Source: Heptranchias perlo
Taxonomy: Eukaryota
Assembly (NCBI RefSeq): GCF_035084215.1
Contig: NW_027139264.1
Span: forward strand, 1 to 64,000
Length of the DNA: 64,000 nt
Direction of reading: 5' to 3'
Shown: positions 1-15,190 of the stretch, piece after piece
Numbering within the stretch: position 1 is the first letter of the stretch
Layout: every line of letters starts with the position of its first letter
Position numbers and translations under genes: made by a program
Notes under the pieces: model-generated
Database searches by the model: none
What the model saw: only the letters and a program-made list of their open reading frames with translations
Told to the model about the DNA's origin: nothing

Positions 1-1410
1 TTCCTCCTCTCTCTCCCCCTCACCTGTCCTCCTCTCTCTCCCCCTCACCTGTCCTCGCTCTCTCTCCCCCTCACCTGTCCTCCTCTCTCTCTCTCTCCCT
101 CACCTGTCCTCCTCTCTCTCCCCCTCACCTGTCCTCCTCTCTCTCCCTCCTCACCTGTCCTCCTCTCTCTCCCCCTCACCTGTCCTCCTCTCTCTCCCCC
201 TCACCTGTCCTCCTCTCTCTCCCCCTCACCTGTCCTCCTCTCTCTCCTCCCTCACCTGTCCTCCTCTCTCTCCCCTCACCTGTCCTCCTCTCTCTCCCCC
301 CTCACCTGTCCTCCTCTCTCTCCCTCACCTGTCCTCCTCTCTCTCCCCCTCACCTGTCCTCCTCTCTCTCCCCTCACCTGTCCTCCTCTCTCTCCCCCTC
401 ACCTGTCCTCCTCTCTCTCCCCTCACCTGTCCTCCTCTCTCTCCTCCTCACCTGTCCTCCTCTCTCTCCCCCTCACCTGTCCTCCTCTCTCTCCCCCTCA
501 CCTGTCCTCCTCTCTCTCTCCCCTCACCTGTCCTCCTCTCTCTCCCCCTCACCTGTCCTCCTCTCTCTCCCCCTCACCTGTCCTCCTCTCTCTCTCCCCC
601 TCACCTGTCCTCCTCTCTCTCCCTCACCTGTCCTCCTCTCTCTCCCCCTCACCTGTCCTCCTCTCTCTCCCTCCTCACTGTCCTCCTCTCTCTCCTCCTC
701 ACCTGTCCTCCTCTCTCTCCCCCTCACCTGTCCTCCTCTCTCTCCCCCTCACCTGTCCTCCTCTCTCTCCCCTCACCTGTCCTCCTCTCTCTCCCCCTCA
801 CCTGTCCTCCTCTCTCTCCCCCTCTCACCTGTCCTCCTCTCTCTCCCCCTCACCTGTCCTCCTCTCTCTCCCTCACCTGTCCTCCTCTCTCTCCCCTCAC
901 CTGTCCTCCTCTCTCTCCCCCTCACCTGTCCTCCTCTCTCTCTCCCCTCACCTGTCCTCCTCTCTCTCCCCCTCACCTGTCCTCCTCTCTCTCTCCCCCT
1001 CACCTGTCCTCCTCTCTCTCCCCTCACCTGTCCTCCTCTCTCTCTCCCTCACCTGTCCTCCTCTCTCTCTCCCCCCTCACCTGTCCTCCTCTCTCTCCCC
1101 CTCACCTGTCCTCCTCTCTCTCCCCCTCACCTGTCCTCCTCTCTCTCCCCCTCACTGTCCTCCTCTCTCTCCCCCTCACCTGTCCTCCTCTCTCTCCCTC
1201 CCCTCACCTGTCCTCCTCTCTCTCCCCCTCACCTGTCCTCCTCTCTCTCCCCCTCACCTGTCCTCCTCTCTCTCTCCCTCACCTGTCCTCCTCTCTCTCC
1301 CCCTCACCTGTCCTCCTCTCTCTCCCCCTCACCTGTCCTCCTCTCTCTCCCACTCACCTGTACTCCTCTCTCTCTCTCTCCTCTCTCTCTCTTCTCCTTC
1401 TCTCTCTCTC
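1..1410. repeat. Pyrimidine-rich minisatellite, ~26-31 bp unit (CCCCTCACCTGTCCTCCTCTCTCTC), ending in a (CT)n tract; truncated by the window start
   Basis: Unit repeats continuously with variable (CT)n and C-run lengths; the R/E/G-rich minus-strand ORFs are by-products. Confidence 0.95.
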
Positions 1411-1454
1411 CGTGACGGAGCCTCTGACCGTCTCCCCAGAGTGCACCGGGGACG

Positions 1455-4400
1455 GACAGACAGAGGGGAATCTCACCATCAGTGACCGCTCCCCAGACTG
1501 ACCAAAACACCAGACAGACAGAGGGGGAATCTCACCATCAGTGACCGCCTCCCAGACTGACCAAAACACCAGACAGACAGGGGGGAATCTCACCATCAGT
1601 CACCGCTCCCAGACTGACCAAAACACCAGACAGACAGGGGGAAATCTCACCATCAATCACCGCTCCCAGACTGACCAAAACACCAGACAGACAGCGGGGA
1701 ATCTCACCATCAGTGACCGCCTCCCAGACTGAGCAAAACACCAGACAGACAGAGGGGGAATCTCACCCTCAGTGACCGCTCCCAGACTGAGCAAAACACC
1801 AGACAGACAGAGGGGAATCTCACGATCAATCACCGCTCCCAGACTGACCAAAACGCCAGACAGACAGAGGGGGAATCTGACTATCAGTCACCGCTCCCGG
1901 GACTGACCAAAACACCAGAGAGACAGAGGGGAATCTCACCATCAGTCACCGCTCCCAGACTGACCAAAAACACCAGACAGACAGAGGGGGAATCTCACCA
2001 TCAGTCACCGCTCCCAGACTGACCAAAACACCAGACAGACAGAGGGGAATCTCACCATCAATCACCGCTCCCAGACTGACCAAAACACCAGACAGACAGG
2101 GGGGAATCTCACCATCAGTCACCGCTCCCAGACTGACCAAACCACCAGACAGACAGGGGGGGAATCTCACCATCAGTCACACCGCTCCCAGACTGACCAA
2201 AACACCAGACAGACAGAGGGGAATCCCACCATCAGTGACCGCTCCCAGACTGACAAAAACACCAGACAGACAGGGGGAATCTCACCATCAGACACCGCTC
2301 CCAGACTGACCAAAGCAGCAGTCAGACAGGGGGGAATCCCACCATCAATCACCGCTCCCAGACTGACCAAAACACCAGACAGACAGAGGGGAATCTCACC
2401 ATCAATCACCGCTCCCAGACTGACCAAAACACCAGACAGACAGAGGGGAATCCCACCATCAATCACCGCTCCCAGACTGACCAAAACACCAGACAGACAG
2501 GGGGGGAATCTCACCATCAGTCACCGCTCCCAGATTGACCAAAACACCAGACAGACAGGGGGGAATCTCACCATCAATCACCGCTACCAGACTGACCAAA
2601 ACACCAGACAGACAGGGGGGAATCTCACCATCAATCACTGCTCCCAGACTGACCAAAACACCAGACAGACAGGGGGAATCTCACCATCAATCACCGCTCC
2701 CAGACTGACCAAAACACCAGAGAGACAGGGGGGAATCTCACCATCAGTGACCGCTCCCAGACTGACCAAAACACCAGACAGACAGGGGGGAATCTCACCA
2801 TCAGTCACCGCTCTCAGACTGACCAAAACACCAGACAGACAGGGGGGAATCTCACCATCAGTCACCGCTCCCAGACTGACCAAAACACCAGACAGACAGA
2901 GGGGAATCTCACCATCTGTCACCGCTCACAGACTGACCAAAACACCAGACAGACAGAGGGGAATCTCACCATCAGTGACCGCTCCCAGACTGACCAAAAC
3001 ACCAGACAGACAGGGGGGAATCCCACCATCAATCACCGCTCCCAGACTGACCAAAACACCAGACAGACAGAGGGGAATCTCACCATCAGTCACCGCTCCC
3101 CGACTGACCAAAACACCAGACAGACAGAGGGGAATCCCACCATATGTGACCGCTCCCAGACTGACCAAAACACCAGACAGACAGAGGGGGAATCTCACCA
3201 TCAGTGACCGCTCCCAGACTGACCAAAACACCAGACAGACAGGGGGAATCTCACCATCAGACACCGCTCCCAGACTGACCAAAGCAGCAGTCAGACAGGG
3301 GGGAATCCCACCATCAATCACCGCTCCCAGACTGACCAAAACACCAGACAGACAGAGGGGAATCCCACCATCAATCACCGCTCCCAGACTGACCAAAACA
3401 CCAGACAGACAGGGGGGAATCTCACCATCAGTGACCGCTCCCAGACTGACCAAAACACCAGACAGACAGAGGGGAATCTCACCATCAGTGACCGCTCACA
3501 GACTGACCAAAACACCAGACAGACAGGGGGGAATCTCACCATCAGTCACCGCTCACAGACTGACCAAAACACCAGACAGACAGGGGGAATCCCACCATCA
3601 GTGACCGCTCCCAGACTGACCAAAACACCAGACAGACAGAGGGGAATCCCACCATCAGTGACCGCTCCCAGACTGACCAAAACACCAGACAGACAGAGGG
3701 GGAATCTCACCATCAGTGACCGCTCCCAGACTGACCAAAACACCAGACAGACAGGGGGGAATCTTACCATCAGTCACCGCTCCCAGACTGACCAAAACAC
3801 CAGACAGACAGGGGGGAATCTCACCATCAATCACCGCTCCCAGACTGACCAAAACACCAGACAGACAGCGGGGAATCTCACCATCAGTGACCGCTCCCAG
3901 ACTGAGCAAAACACCAGACAGACAGAGGGGAATCTCACCCTCAGTGACCGCTCCCAGACTGAGCAAAACACCAGACAGACAGAGGGGAATCTCACGATCA
4001 ATCACCGCTCCCAGACTGACCAAAACGCCAGACAGACAGAGGGGGAATCTGACCATCAGTCACCGCTCCCGGACTGACCAAAACACCAGAGAGACAGAGG
4101 GGAATCTCACCATCAGTCACCGCTCCCAGACTGACCAAAACACCAGACAGACAGAGGGGGAATCTCACCATCAGTCACCGCTCCCAGACTGACCAAAACA
4201 CCAGACAGACAGAGGGGAATCTCACCATCAATCACCGCTCCCAGACTGACCAAAACACCAGACAGACAGGGGGGAATCTCACCATCAGTCACCGCTCCCA
4301 GACTGACCAAAACACCAGACAGACAGGGGGGAATCCCACCATCAGTGACCGCTCCCAGACTGACAAAAACACCAGACAGACAGGGGGAATCTCACCATCA

Positions 4401-7400
4401 GACACCGCTCCCAGACTGACCAAAGCAGCAGTCAGACAGGGGGGAATCCCACCATCAATCACCGCTCCCAGACTGACCAAAACACCAGACAGACAGAGGG
4501 GAATCTCACCATCAATCACCGCTCCCAGACTGACCAAAACACCAGACAGACAGAGGGGAATCCCACCATCAATCACCGCTCCCAGACTCACCAAAACACC
4601 AGACAGACAGGGGGGGAATCTCACCATCAGTCACCGCTCCCAGATTGACCAAAACACCAGACAGACAGGGGGGAATCTCACCATCAATCACCGCTACCAG
4701 ACTGACCAAAACACCAGACAGACAGGGGGGAATCTCACCATCAGTGACCGCTCCCAGACTGACCAAAACACCAGACAGACAGAGGGGAATCTCACCGTCA
4801 GTCACCGCTCCCAGACTGACCAAAACACCAGACAGACAGAGGGGAATCTAACCATCAATCACCGCTCCCAGACTGACCAAAACACCAGACAGACAGGGGG
4901 GAATCTCACCATCAGTGACCGCTCCCAGACTGACCAAAACACCAGACAGACAGAGGGGAATCTCACCATCAATCACCGCTCCCAGACTGACCAAAACACC
5001 AGACAGACAGGGGGGAATCTCACCATCAGTCACCGCTCCCAGACTGACCAAAACACCAGACAGACAGGGAGGAATCTCACCATCAGTGACCGCTCCCAGA
5101 CTGACCAAAACACCAGACAGACAGGGGGGAATCTCACCATCAGTCACCGCTCCCAGACTGACCAAAACACCAGACAGACAGAGGGGGAATCTCACCATCG
5201 GTCACCGCTCCCAGACTGACCAAAACACCAGACAGACAGAGGGGAATCTCACCATCAATCACCGCTCCCAGACTGACCAAAACACCAGACAGACAGGGCG
5301 GAATCTCACCATCAGTCACCGCTCCCAGACTGACCAAAACACCAGACAGACAGGGCGGAATCTCACCATCAGTCACCGCTCCCAGACTGACCAAAACACC
5401 AGACAGACAGAGGGGAATCTCACCATCAGTCACCGCTCCCAGACTGACCAAAACACCAGACAGACAGGGGGGGAATCTCACCATCAGTCACCGCTCACAG
5501 ACTGACCAAAACACCAGACAGACAGAGGGGGAATCTCACCATCAGTGACCGCTCCCAGACTGACCAAAACACCAGACAGACAGAGGGGAATCTCACCATC
5601 AATCACCGCTCCCAGACTGACCAAAACACCAGACAGACAGAGGGGAATCTCACCATGAATCACCGCTCCCAGACTGACCAAAACACCAGACAGACAGGGG
5701 GGAATCTCACCATCAATCACCGCTCCCAGACTGACCAAAACACCAGACAGACAGGGGGGAATCTCACCATCAGTCACCGCTCCCAGACTGACCAAAACAC
5801 CAGACAGACAGGGGGGAATCTCACCATCAGTCACCGCTCCCAGACTGACCAAAACACCAGATAGACAGAGGGGGAATCTCACCATCAGTCACCGCTCCCA
5901 GACTGACCAAAACACCAGACAGACAGAGGGGAATCTCACCATCAATCACCGCTCCCAGACTGACCAAAACACCAGACAGACAGGGCGGAATCTCACCATC
6001 AGTCACCGCTCCCGGACTGACCAAAACACCAGACAGACAGAGGGGAATCTCACCATCAGTCACCGCTCCCAGACTGACCAAAACACCAGACAGACAGAGG
6101 GGAATCTCACCATCAGTGACCGCTCCCAGACTGACCAAAACACCAGACAGACAGGGGGGAATCTCACCATCAATCACCGCTCCCAGACTGACCAAAACAC
6201 CAGACAGACAGAGGGGAATCTCACCATCAGTGACCGCTCCCAGACTGACCAAAACACCAGACAGACAGGGGGGAATCTCACCATCAATCACCGCTCCCAG
6301 ACTGACCAAAACACCAGACAGACAGGGGGGAATGCCACCATCAATCACCGCTCCCAGACTGACCAAAACACCAGACAGACAGGGGGGAATCTCACCATCA
6401 GTCACCGCTCCCAGACTGACCAAAACACCAGACAGACAGAGGGGAATCTCACCATCAATCACCGCTCCCAGACTGACCAAAACACCAGACAGACAGAGGG
6501 GAATCTCTCCATTAATCACCGCTCCCAGACTGACCAAAACACCAGACAGACAGGGGGGAATCTCACCATGAATCACCGCTCCCAGACTGACCAAAACACC
6601 AGACAGACAGGGGGGGATCCCACCATCAATCACCGCTCCCAGACTGACCAAAACACCAGACAGACAGGGGGGAATCTCACCATCAGTGACCGCTCCCAGA
6701 CTGACCAAAACACCAGACAGACAGGGGGGAATCTCACCATCAGTGACCGCTCCCAGACTGACCAAAACACCAGACAGACAGAGGGGGAATCTCACCATCA
6801 GTCACCGCTCCCAGACTGACCAAAACACCAGACAGACAGAGGGGAATCTCACCATCAATCACCGCTCCCAGACTGACCAAAACACCAGACAGACAGGGGG
6901 GAATCTCACCATCAGTCACCGCTCCCAGACTGACCAAAACACCAGACAGACAGGGGGGAATCCCACCATCAGTGACCGCTCCCAGACTGACAAAAACACC
7001 AGACAGACAGGGGGAATCTCACCATCAGACACCGCTCCCAGACTGACCAAAGCAGCAGTCAGACAGGGGGGAATCCCACCATCAATCACCGCTCCCAGAC
7101 TGACCAAAACACCAGACAGACAGAGGGGAATCTCACCATCAATCACCGCTCCCAGACTGACCAAAACACCAGACAGACAGAGGGGAATCCCACCATCAAT
7201 CACCGCTCCCAGACTCACCAAAACACCAGACAGACAGGGGGGGAATCTCACCATCAGTCACCGCTCCCAGATTGACCAAAACACCAGACAGACAGGGGGG
7301 AATCTCACCATCAATCACCGCTACCAGACTGACCAAAACACCAGACAGACAGGGGGGAATCTCACCATCAGTGACCGCTCCCAGACTGACCAACACACCA

Positions 7401-10400
7401 GACAGACAGAGGGGAATCTCACCGTCAGTCACCGCTCCCAGACTGACCAAAACACCAGACAGACAGAGGGGAATCTAACCATCAATCACCGCTCCCAGAC
7501 TGACCAAAACACCAGACAGACAGGGGGGAATCTCACCATCAGTGACCGCTCCCAGACTGACCAAAACACCAGACAGACAGAGGGGAATCTCACCATCAAT
7601 CACCGCTCCCAGACTGACCAAAACACCAGACAGACAGGGGGGAATCTCACCATCAGTCACCGCTCCCAGACTGACCAAAACACCAGACAGACAGGGAGGA
7701 ATCTCACCATCAGTGACCGCTCCCAGACTGACCAAAACACCAGACAGACAGGGGGGAATCTCACCATCAGTCACCGCTCCCAGACTGACCAAAACACCAG
7801 ACAGACAGAGGGGGAATCTCACCATCGGTCACCGCTCCCAGACTGACCAAAACACCAGACAGACAGAGGGGAATCTCACCATCAATCACCGCTCCCAGAC
7901 TGACCAAAACACCAGACAGACAGGGCGGAATCTCACCATCAGTCACCGCTCCCAGACTGACCAAAACACCAGACAGACAGGGCGGAATCTCACCATCAGT
8001 CACCGCTCCCAGACTGACCAAAACACCAGACAGACAGAGGGGAATCTCACCATCAGTCACCGCTCCCAGACTGACCAAAACACCAGACAGACAGGGGGGG
8101 AATCTCACCATCAGTCACCGCTCACAGACTGACCAAAACACCAGACAGACAGAGGGGAATCTCACCATCAGTCACCGCTCCCAGACTGACCAAAACACCA
8201 GACAGACAGAGGGGGAATCTCACCATCAGTGACCGCTCCCAGACTGACCAAAACACCAGACAGACAGAGGGGAATCTCACCATCAATCACCGCTCCCAGA
8301 CTGACCAAAACACCAGACAGACAGAGGGGAATCTCACCATGAATCACCGCTCCCAGACTGACCAAAACACCAGACAGACAGGGGGGAATCTCACCATCAA
8401 TCACCGCTCCCAGACTGACCAAAACACCAGACAGACAGGGGGGAATCTCACCATCAGTCACCGCTCCCAGACTGACCAAAACACCAGACAGACAGGGGGG
8501 AATCTCACCATCAGTCACCGCTCCCAGACTGACCAAAACACCAGATAGACAGAGGGGGAATCTCACCATCAGTCACCGCTCCCAGACTGACCAAAACACC
8601 AGACAGACAGAGGGGAATCTCACCATCAATCACCGCTCCCAGACTGACCAAAACACCAGACAGACAGGGCGGAATCTCACCATCAGTCACCGCTCCCGGA
8701 CTGACCAAAACACCAGACAGACAGAGGGGAATCTCACCATCAGTCACCGCTCCCAGACTGACCAAAACACCAGACAGACAGAGGGGAATCTCACCATCAG
8801 TGACCGCTCCCAGACTGACCAAAACACCAGACAGACAGGGGGGAATCTCACCATCAATCACCGCTCCCAGACTGACCAAAACACCAGACAGACAGAGGGG
8901 AATCTCACCATCAGTGACCGCTCCCAGACTGACCAAAACACCAGACAGACAGGGGGGAATCTCACCATCAATCACCGCTCCCAGACTGACCAAAACACCA
9001 GACAGACAGGGGGGAATCTCACCATCAATCACCGCTCCCAGACTGACCAAAACACCAGACAGACAGGGGGGAATGCCACCATCAATCACCGCTCCCAGAC
9101 TGACCAAAACACCAGACAGACAGGGGGGAATCTCACCATCAGTCACCGCTCCCAGACTGACCAAAACACCAGACAGACAGAGGGGAATCTCACCATCAAT
9201 CACCGCTCCCAGACTGACCAAAACACCAGACAGACAGAGGGGAATCTCTCCATTAATCACCGCTCCCAGACTGACCAAAACACCAGACAGACAGGGGGGA
9301 ATCTCACCATGAATCACCGCTCCCAGACTGACCAAAACACCAGACAGACAGAGGGGAATCTCTCCATTAATCACCGCTCCCAGACTGACCAAAACACCAG
9401 ACAGACAGGGGGGAATCTCACCATGAATCACCGCTCCCAGACTGACCAAAACACCAGACAGACAGGGGGGGATCCCACCATCAATCACCGCTCCCAGACT
9501 GACCAAAACACCAGACAGACAGGGGGGAATCTCACCATGAATCACCGCTCCCAGACTGACCAAAACACCAGACAGACAGGGGGGAATCTCACCATCAATC
9601 ACCGCTCCCAGACTGACCAAAACACCAGACAGACAGGGGGGAATGCCACGATCAATCACCGCTCCCAGACTGACCAAAACACCAGACAGACAGGGGGGAA
9701 TCTCACCATCAGTCACCGCTCCCAGACTGACCAAAACACCAGACAGACAGAGGGGAATCTCACCATCAATCACCGCTCCCAGACTGACCAAAACACCAGA
9801 CAGACAGAGGGGAATCTCTCCATTAATCACCGCTCCCAGACTGACCAAAACACCAGACAGACAGGGGGGAATCTCACCATGAATCACCGCTCCCAGACTG
9901 ACCAAAACACCAGACAGACAGGGGGGGATCCCACCATCAATCACCGCTCCCAGACTGACCAAAACACCAGACAGACAGGGGGGAATCTCACCATCAGTGA
10001 CCGCTCCCAGACTGACCAAAACACCAGACAGACAGGGGGGAATCTCACCATCAGTGACCGCTCCCAGACTGACCAAAACACCAGACAGACAGAGGGGGAA
10101 TCTCACCATCAGTCACCGCTCCCAGACTGACCAAAACACCAGACAGACAGAGGGGAATCTCACCATCAATCACCGCTCCCAGACTGACCAAAACACCAGA
10201 CAGACAGGGGGGAATCTCACCATCAGTCACCGCTCCCAGACTGACCAAAACACCAGACAGACAGGGGGGAATCCCACCATCAGTGACCGCTCCCAGACTG
10301 ACAAAAACACCAGACAGACAGGGGGAATCTCACCATCAGACACCGCTCCCAGACTGACCAAAGCAGCAGTCAGACAGGGGGGAATCCCACCATCAATCAC

Positions 10401-13135
10401 CGCTCCCAGACTGACCAAAACACCAGACAGACAGAGGGGAATCTCACCATCAATCACCGCTCCCAGACTGACCAAAACACCAGACAGACAGAGGGGAATC
10501 CCACCATCAATCACCGCTCCCAGACTCACCAAAACACCAGACAGACAGGGGGGGAATCTCACCATCAGTCACCGCTCCCAGATTGACCAAAACACCAGAC
10601 AGACAGGGGGGAATCTCACCATCAATCACCGCTACCAGACTGACCAAAACACCAGACAGACAGGGGGGAATCTCACCATCAGTGACCGCTCCCAGACTGA
10701 CCAACACACCAGACAGACAGAGGGGAATCTCACCGTCAGTCACCGCTCCCAGACTGACCAAAACACCAGACAGACAGAGGGGAATCTAACCATCAATCAC
10801 CGCTCCCAGACTGACCAAAACACCAGACAGACAGGGGGGAATCTCACCATCAGTGACCGCTCCCAGACTGACCAAAACACCAGACAGACAGAGGGGAATC
10901 TCACCATCAATCACCGCTCCCAGACTGACCAAAACACCAGACAGACAGGGGGGAATCTCACCATCAGTCACCGCTCCCAGACTGACCAAAACACCAGACA
11001 GACAGGGAGGAATCTCACCATCAGTGACCGCTCCCAGACTGACCAAAACACCAGACAGACAGGGGGGAATCTCACCATCAGTCACCGCTCCCAGACTGAC
11101 CAAAACACCAGACAGACAGAGGGGGAATCTCACCATCGGTCACCGCTCCCAGACTGACCAAAACACCAGACAGACAGAGGGGAATCTCACCATCAATCAC
11201 CGCTCCCAGACTGACCAAAACACCAGACAGACAGGGCGGAATCTCACCATCAGTCACCGCTCCCAGACTGACCAAAACACCAGACAGACAGGGCGGAATC
11301 TCACCATCAGTCACCGCTCCCAGACTGACCAAAACACCAGACAGACAGAGGGGAATCTCACCATCAGTCACCGCTCCCAGACTGACCAAAACACCAGACA
11401 GACAGGGGGGGAATCTCACCATCAGTCACCGCTCACAGACTGACCAAAACACCAGACAGACAGAGGGGAATCTCACCATCAGTCACCGCTCCCAGACTGA
11501 CCAAAACACCAGACAGACAGAGGGGGAATCTCACCATCAGTGACCGCTCCCAGACTGACCAAAACACCAGACAGACAGAGGGGAATCTCACCATCAATCA
11601 CCGCTCCCAGACTGACCAAAACACCAGACAGACAGAGGGGAATCTCACCATGAATCACCGCTCCCAGACTGACCAAAACACCAGACAGACAGGGGGGAAT
11701 CTCACCATCAATCACCGCTCCCAGACTGACCAAAACACCAGACAGACAGGGGGGAATCTCACCATCAGTCACCGCTCCCAGACTGACCAAAACACCAGAC
11801 AGACAGGGGGGAATCTCACCATCAGTCACCGCTCCCAGACTGACCAAAACACCAGATAGACAGAGGGGGAATCTCACCATCAGTCACCGCTCCCAGACTG
11901 ACCAAAACACCAGACAGACAGAGGGGAATCTCACCATCAATCACCGCTCCCAGACTGACCAAAACACCAGACAGACAGGGCGGAATCTCACCATCAGTCA
12001 CCGCTCCCGGACTGACCAAAACACCAGACAGACAGAGGGGAATCTCACCATCAGTCACCGCTCCCAGACTGACCAAAACACCAGACAGACAGAGGGGAAT
12101 CTCACCATCAGTGACCGCTCCCAGACTGACCAAAACACCAGACAGACAGGGGGGAATCTCACCATCAATCACCGCTCCCAGACTGACCAAAACACCAGAC
12201 AGACAGAGGGGAATCTCACCATCAGTGACCGCTCCCAGACTGACCAAAACACCAGACAGACAGGGGGGAATCTCACCATCAATCACCGCTCCCAGACTGA
12301 CCAAAACACCAGACAGACAGGGGGGAATCTCACCATCAATCACCGCTCCCAGACTGACCAAAACACCAGACAGACAGGGGGGAATGCCACCATCAATCAC
12401 CGCTCCCAGACTGACCAAAACACCAGACAGACAGGGGGGAATCTCACCATCAGTCACCGCTCCCAGACTGACCAAAACACCAGACAGACAGAGGGGAATC
12501 TCACCATCAATCACCGCTCCCAGACTGACCAAAACACCAGACAGACAGAGGGGAATCTCTCCATTAATCACCGCTCCCAGACTGACCAAAACACCAGACA
12601 GACAGGGGGGAATCTCACCATGAATCACCGCTCCCAGACTGACCAAAACACCAGACAGACAGGGGGGGATCCCACCATCAATCACCGCTCCCAGACTGAC
12701 CAAAACACCAGACAGACAGGGGGGAATCTCACCATCAGTGACCGCTCCCAGACTGACCAAAACACCAGACAGACAGGGGGGAATCTCACCATCAGTGACC
12801 GCTCCCAGACTGACCAAAACACCAGACAGACAGGTGGGAATCTCACCATCAATCACCGCTCCCAGACTGACCAAAACACCAGACAGACAGGGGGGAATCT
12901 CACCATCAATCACCGCTCCCAGACTGACCAAAACACCAGACAGACAGGTGGGAATCTCACCATCAATCACCGCTCCCAGACTGACCAAAACACCAGACAG
13001 ACAGGGGGAATCTCACCATCAATCACCGCTCCCAGACTGACCAAAACACCAGACAGACAGGGGGGAATCTCACCATCAGTCACCGCTCCCAGACTGACCA
13101 AAACACCAGACAGACAGGGGGGAATCCCACCATTG
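1455..13135. repeat. 57-bp tandem array (~205 units) with higher-order structure
   Basis: Consensus CAGACAGACAGAGGGGAATCTCACCATCAGTGACCGCTCCCAGACTGACCAAAACAC. A variant unit containing aaagcagcagtcagac recurs at ~2312, 3281, 4422, 7049 and 10360. Confidence 0.97.
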
Positions 13136-13378
13136 ATCAGCCGGGATGCGCTGTGAAGCTGGATCGCTTTCATGCCTCGATCTTCCGTGAATATCCAAGT
13201 GGAATTGGATGAGAGAGAAAAGAGAATCCAGTTCCCGATCAAGAGACATTATTATCCGGGAAGTGTCCAGTTCCCCATCGATTCCCCGTTACATTTGAGA
13301 CTGATGGGCTTCCATGAGGAATTGTCACTTGGCCCAGGTTGTTCTTCAGCAGCTCGAATTCCATTCCACGCAGAGATT
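13131..13378 (-). pseudogene. Possible decayed coding exon (helical, TRIM coiled-coil-like), tentative
   Basis: Minus-strand AG at 13380-13379 and G|GTGGGA at 13131/13130. Interrupted frames read SLRGMEFELLKNNLGQV / QFLMEAHQSQM*RGIDGELDTSRIIMSLDRELDSLFSLIQ. No diagnostic motif. Confidence 0.25.
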
Positions 13379-13689
13379 CTTTTTACAAAGAAAACTGTAA
13401 AATACTTTTAGTTTCAGGAAAATCAACAAGTTCCCACAAAGTAAATGCGCGACCCACAGGGCTGATTGGAGAGGAATCAGTGGGTGATTGAAACTCACAG
13501 CTCAGCAAGGAGTCTTTCCCCTTCTGAGTGTCAGAGAATTGTCCCCCAACAGCCCGTGACTTTCCATCTATTTCAATTAACGATCATAAAATCATGGACT
13601 GGAATGTGTAATTTCCTAATGTGCCCCCTCTCCCCACACAACCTGCTTCCCCCCCAGTCCAGGGGCGCTGATCGCCGAGGGACACAGGA

Positions 13690-15190
13690 CACAGGAACAG
13701 GAATCGGCCATTTCGCCTCTCAAGCCTGTTCTGCCATTCATTGAGATCCTGGCTGATCTGTGAGCTGACTCCAGACACCAGCCTTATCCCCACATCCCTT
13801 TATATCTTTGGTTACCACAAATCTATCAAACTCAGATTTAAAACCAATGGAGCGAGCATTAACTGCCGATTGCGGAAGAGAGTTCCAAACTTCTACCGCC
13901 CTTTGCGTCACTCCTGAAAGTCCTGGCTCTAATTTTTAGGCTGTGTCCCCTCGTCCTGGACTCCCCAACCAGCGGAAATAGTTTCTCTCAATCTACCCGA
14001 TCAGTTCCCCTTAATATCTTGAAAACTTCGATCAAGTCACCCCTTAATCTTCTAAATTCCACAGAATACAATTCTAGTTTGTGTAATCACTCCTCGTAAT
14101 TTAACCCTTGGAGCCCAGGTATCATTCTAGTAAATCTACGCTGCTCTCCCTTCCTAAGGTGCGGTGCCCAGAACAGTACTCCAGGTGTGGTCTAACCAGG
14201 GCTTTGTACAGCTGTATAACTTCTACCCTCTTGTATTCTAGTCCTCTAGATATAAAGGCCAGCATCCCATTAGCCTTTTTGATTATTTTCTGTACCTGTC
14301 CATAACATTTTAATGATCTATGTACATGGGCCCTTAAGTCTCTTTGGACCTCCACTGTTTCCAGCTTTTCACCATTTAGAAAGTACTCTGATCTCTCCTT
14401 TTTAGGTCCAAAGTGGATGACCTCACACTTGCCCACACTGAAATCCATTTGCCACAGTTTTGCCCATTCACATAATCTGTTAATATCTCTGTAATTTTAT
14501 GCTTCCATCTACACTGCTTACAATGCTGTCTTTCTTTCTGTCATCATCAATACAGTGAATAGTTGAGGTCCCAACACAGATCCCTGTGGGACACCACGAG
14601 TCACATCCTGCCTATTTGAGTACCTGCCCATTATCCCTACTCCCTGTCTCCTGCCGCTCAGCCAATTTCCTAACCAGGTCAATAATTTGACCTCAATTCC
14701 ATGAGCTTCAACTTTAGCTAACAGTCTCTTATGAGGGACTTTATCGATTGCCTTCTGGAAGTCCATATAAACAACATCCATGGACATTCCCCCATCCATT
14801 ACTTTAGTCACCTCTTCAAGGCATGACCCTTTACAAATCCATGCTGGCTCTCTGATCAGCTGAAAATTTTCAAGGTGTTCAGTCACTCTATCCTTAATTA
14901 TAGACTCGAGTAATTTCCCAACAACAGATGTTAGGCTAACTAGTCTATAATTCCCTGGTTTCTCTCTCTCACCTTTCTGAAATAGCGGAGTGACGTGTGC
15001 AATTTTCCAATCTAAAGGAACGGTTCCTGAATCGAGAGAAGTTTGGAAGATTATGGTTAGGGCTTCTGGAATGTTCTCACCGACTTCCTTTAAAACCCTG
15101 GGATGGAAACCATCTGGTCCTGGGGATTTTCACTCTTTAGTGCCATTATTTTCTTCATTACTGTTAATTATGGTAAGTCCCCGTCTCTGA
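13690..15190 (-). mobile_element. CR1 LINE, 5'-truncated and degenerate (RT plus 3' end)
   Basis: ORF pieces MDVVYMDFQKAIDKVPHKRLL, GVPQGSVLGP, KCEVIHFG and LYKALVRPHLEYC are CR1 ORF2 motifs. Confidence 0.9.

Noticed and set aside
1455-13135. Long ORFs (up to 532 aa) as a repeat protein or mucin gene
   Set aside because: ORFs occur on both strands and several frames, shift frame at variable G-runs, and have no unique N- or C-terminal domain; they follow from a 57-bp stop-poor unit.
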